NCBI RefSeq assembly: GCF_009914755.1
Contig: NC_060926.1
Direction: 5' to 3' (one strand)
DNA: 64,000 nt
Source of the DNA: the human T2T-CHM13v2.0 reference genome, Homo sapiens
Shown piece after piece: positions 62,325-64,000 of the stretch (its first letter is position 1; the number at the start of each line of letters is the position of its first letter). The position numbers were made by a program, and so were the translations under genes. Below the pieces are notes generated by a model. The model had not been told where the DNA came from, searched no databases, and saw only the letters and a list, made by a program, of their open reading frames with translations.

Positions 62325-62814
62325 GCCTTCCTTCCTTTTTGTTGTAGCCCTCGGTGGTTGCTGTCAAAATGGGCAAGTGCATGAAACCTGGGAAAGTGGT
62401 GCTGGTCCTGGCCAGCAGTATTCTGGCTGAACACAAAGCTGTCATCGTAAAGAACATTAATGATGGCACCTCAGACTGCCCCTACATCCAAGCTCTCGTG
62501 GTTGGAATTGATCGCTATCCCTGCAAAGTGACAGCTGCCATGGGCAAAAAGAAGATTACCAGGAGGTCAAAGATCGAGTCTTTTGTGAAGGTTTATAACT
62601 ACAATCATCTTACGCCTACAGTGCACTCTGTGGATATCCTCTTACACAAAACTGTCATCCACAAGGATGTCTTCAGAGATCCTGCTCTTAAACACAAGGC
62701 CCAATGGGAGGCCAAGGTCAAGCTCAAAGAGAGATACAAAACGGGCAAGAACAAGCAGTTCTTCCAGAAGCTACAGTTTTAGATGTTTTGTTTCCATCTT
62801 AAAAATTAAATAAA
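62325..62814 (+). pseudogene. RPL27 processed pseudogene (ATG 62369 to TAG 62782), antisense within an INO80D intron
   Basis: Intronless eL27-like [18 protein letters not shown]...[14 protein letters not shown]; pyrimidine (TOP-like) 5' end; A-rich tail; 14-bp TSD taaatgca(a/g)taata at 62311-62324 and 62815-62828. Confidence 0.95.
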
Positions 62815-62829
62815 TAAATGCAGTAATAT

Positions 62830-63800
62830 AAATAATAACATTAAATTCAAATGGTCTAAACACTCCAAATAAAAAGCAGACACTGTCAGAGTAGATAAAT
62901 GAAATGAGTAGGAATGAAAGGACACTGTTATACGTTCTTATGCGTGAAGTGGTTTAACACTTGAAGGTAGACTGTGGTAATTAAAGATGTATGATATAAA
63001 CCCTACAACAGCTACTACAAAAACAAAGCATATGAGTACAGCTAATAAGCTATGAAAAGAGATAAAATACAACCATAATAAAACAGGGAGAAAAGAACAA
63101 AGAATAGGTGAGACAAATACAAAAGACAGTAAATTTAAACCCAATAAATATCAATAATCATATTAAATTTAAGTTGTCTAAATACTCCAAATAAAAAGCA
63201 GAGATTGTCAGAAGAGATAGAAAAGCAAGACCCAGTAATACATTGCCAGTAAGAAACTCACTTTAAATATAAAGATGCAAATAGGTTAGAAGCAAAAGGA
63301 CTGAAAAAGATACCAAGCTTTCACTAATCAAAAGAACGATGGAGTGGCTATGTTAATGCCACATAAGGAAAGATCTCAAAGCAAACACTGTTACTGGGAT
63401 ATAGAGGACCATTTTATAATAATAAAAGGCCACTTCATCAAAACAATCTTAAACAATTATGCATCTAATAACAGAAATACAAAGTGTGGGAAATAAACAA
63501 TGACAGATCCAAAAGGAGAAATAATCAAATTTACAAAGAGATATTTCAAGATCCTTTTCTCAGTAATTGATATAACAAGTTGACAAACATCACCACAGAT
63601 GTAGAAGACATGAACAACACTATTAACCAACTTGACCTAATTTACATTTATAGAATACTATATTCAAATGTGGTTTGTGATCACAGAATTAAACTAGAAA
63701 TCAGTATCTGGGAAACCCCAAAATACTCAAAAACTAAGTATCATTTCTAAATAGCCCATAGATCAAACAAGAAATCAAAAGAGATATTACAAAGTATTTT
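62830..63800 (+). mobile_element. Old L1M fragment (inter-ORF region and ORF2 endonuclease start), followed by an Alu at 63803-64000
   Basis: atcaataatcatattaaatttaag...gaaactcactttaaatataaagat...ggagtggctatgttaat resembles L1 EN coding sequence. Confidence 0.75.
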
Positions 63801-64000
63801 GGGGCTGGGCATGGTGGCTCATGTCTGTAATCATAGCACTTTGGGAGGCCAAGGTGGGAGGATCACTTGAGCCCAGGAGTTTGGGACCCCATCTTTACAA
63901 GAAAATAAAAAAATTAAAATTAGCCAGGTGTGGTAGCACACGCCTATGATCTCAGTCACTCAGGAAGCTGACATGGGTGGATCTCTTAAGCCAGGAGGTC

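Overview
Human (primate) genomic DNA. It holds the 3' half of INO80D on the minus strand: six coding exons (50048-50272, 41682-41791, 39626-39759, 31525-31742, 29233-29390, 26316-27481) that splice in frame, then a ~10.6 kb 3'UTR with no recognisable transposon, ending at an AATAAA at 15686-15691. The 41681->39760 intron is a U12-type (minor spliceosome) intron that splits the His codon of a C3H zinc-finger module. The introns and the 15 kb downstream flank are dense in retroelements: about 50 Alus, LTR12, THE1/MST solo LTRs, a complete THE1 element with TSD, an L1PB-type LINE, a Y3 RNA retrocopy and an RPL27 processed pseudogene. Most notable: (1) the L1's TSDs enclose ~165 bp of GC-rich non-L1 sequence ahead of its 5' end, a candidate 5' transduction; (2) a candidate stop-containing cryptic exon abuts a (UG)n tract, the layout of TDP-43-repressed exons; (3) the U12 intron; (4) the RPL27 retrocopy ORF stays open through compensating indels. 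No prokaryotic or CRISPR system is present. Repeat subfamily names come from recalled consensus sequences, not from a search.
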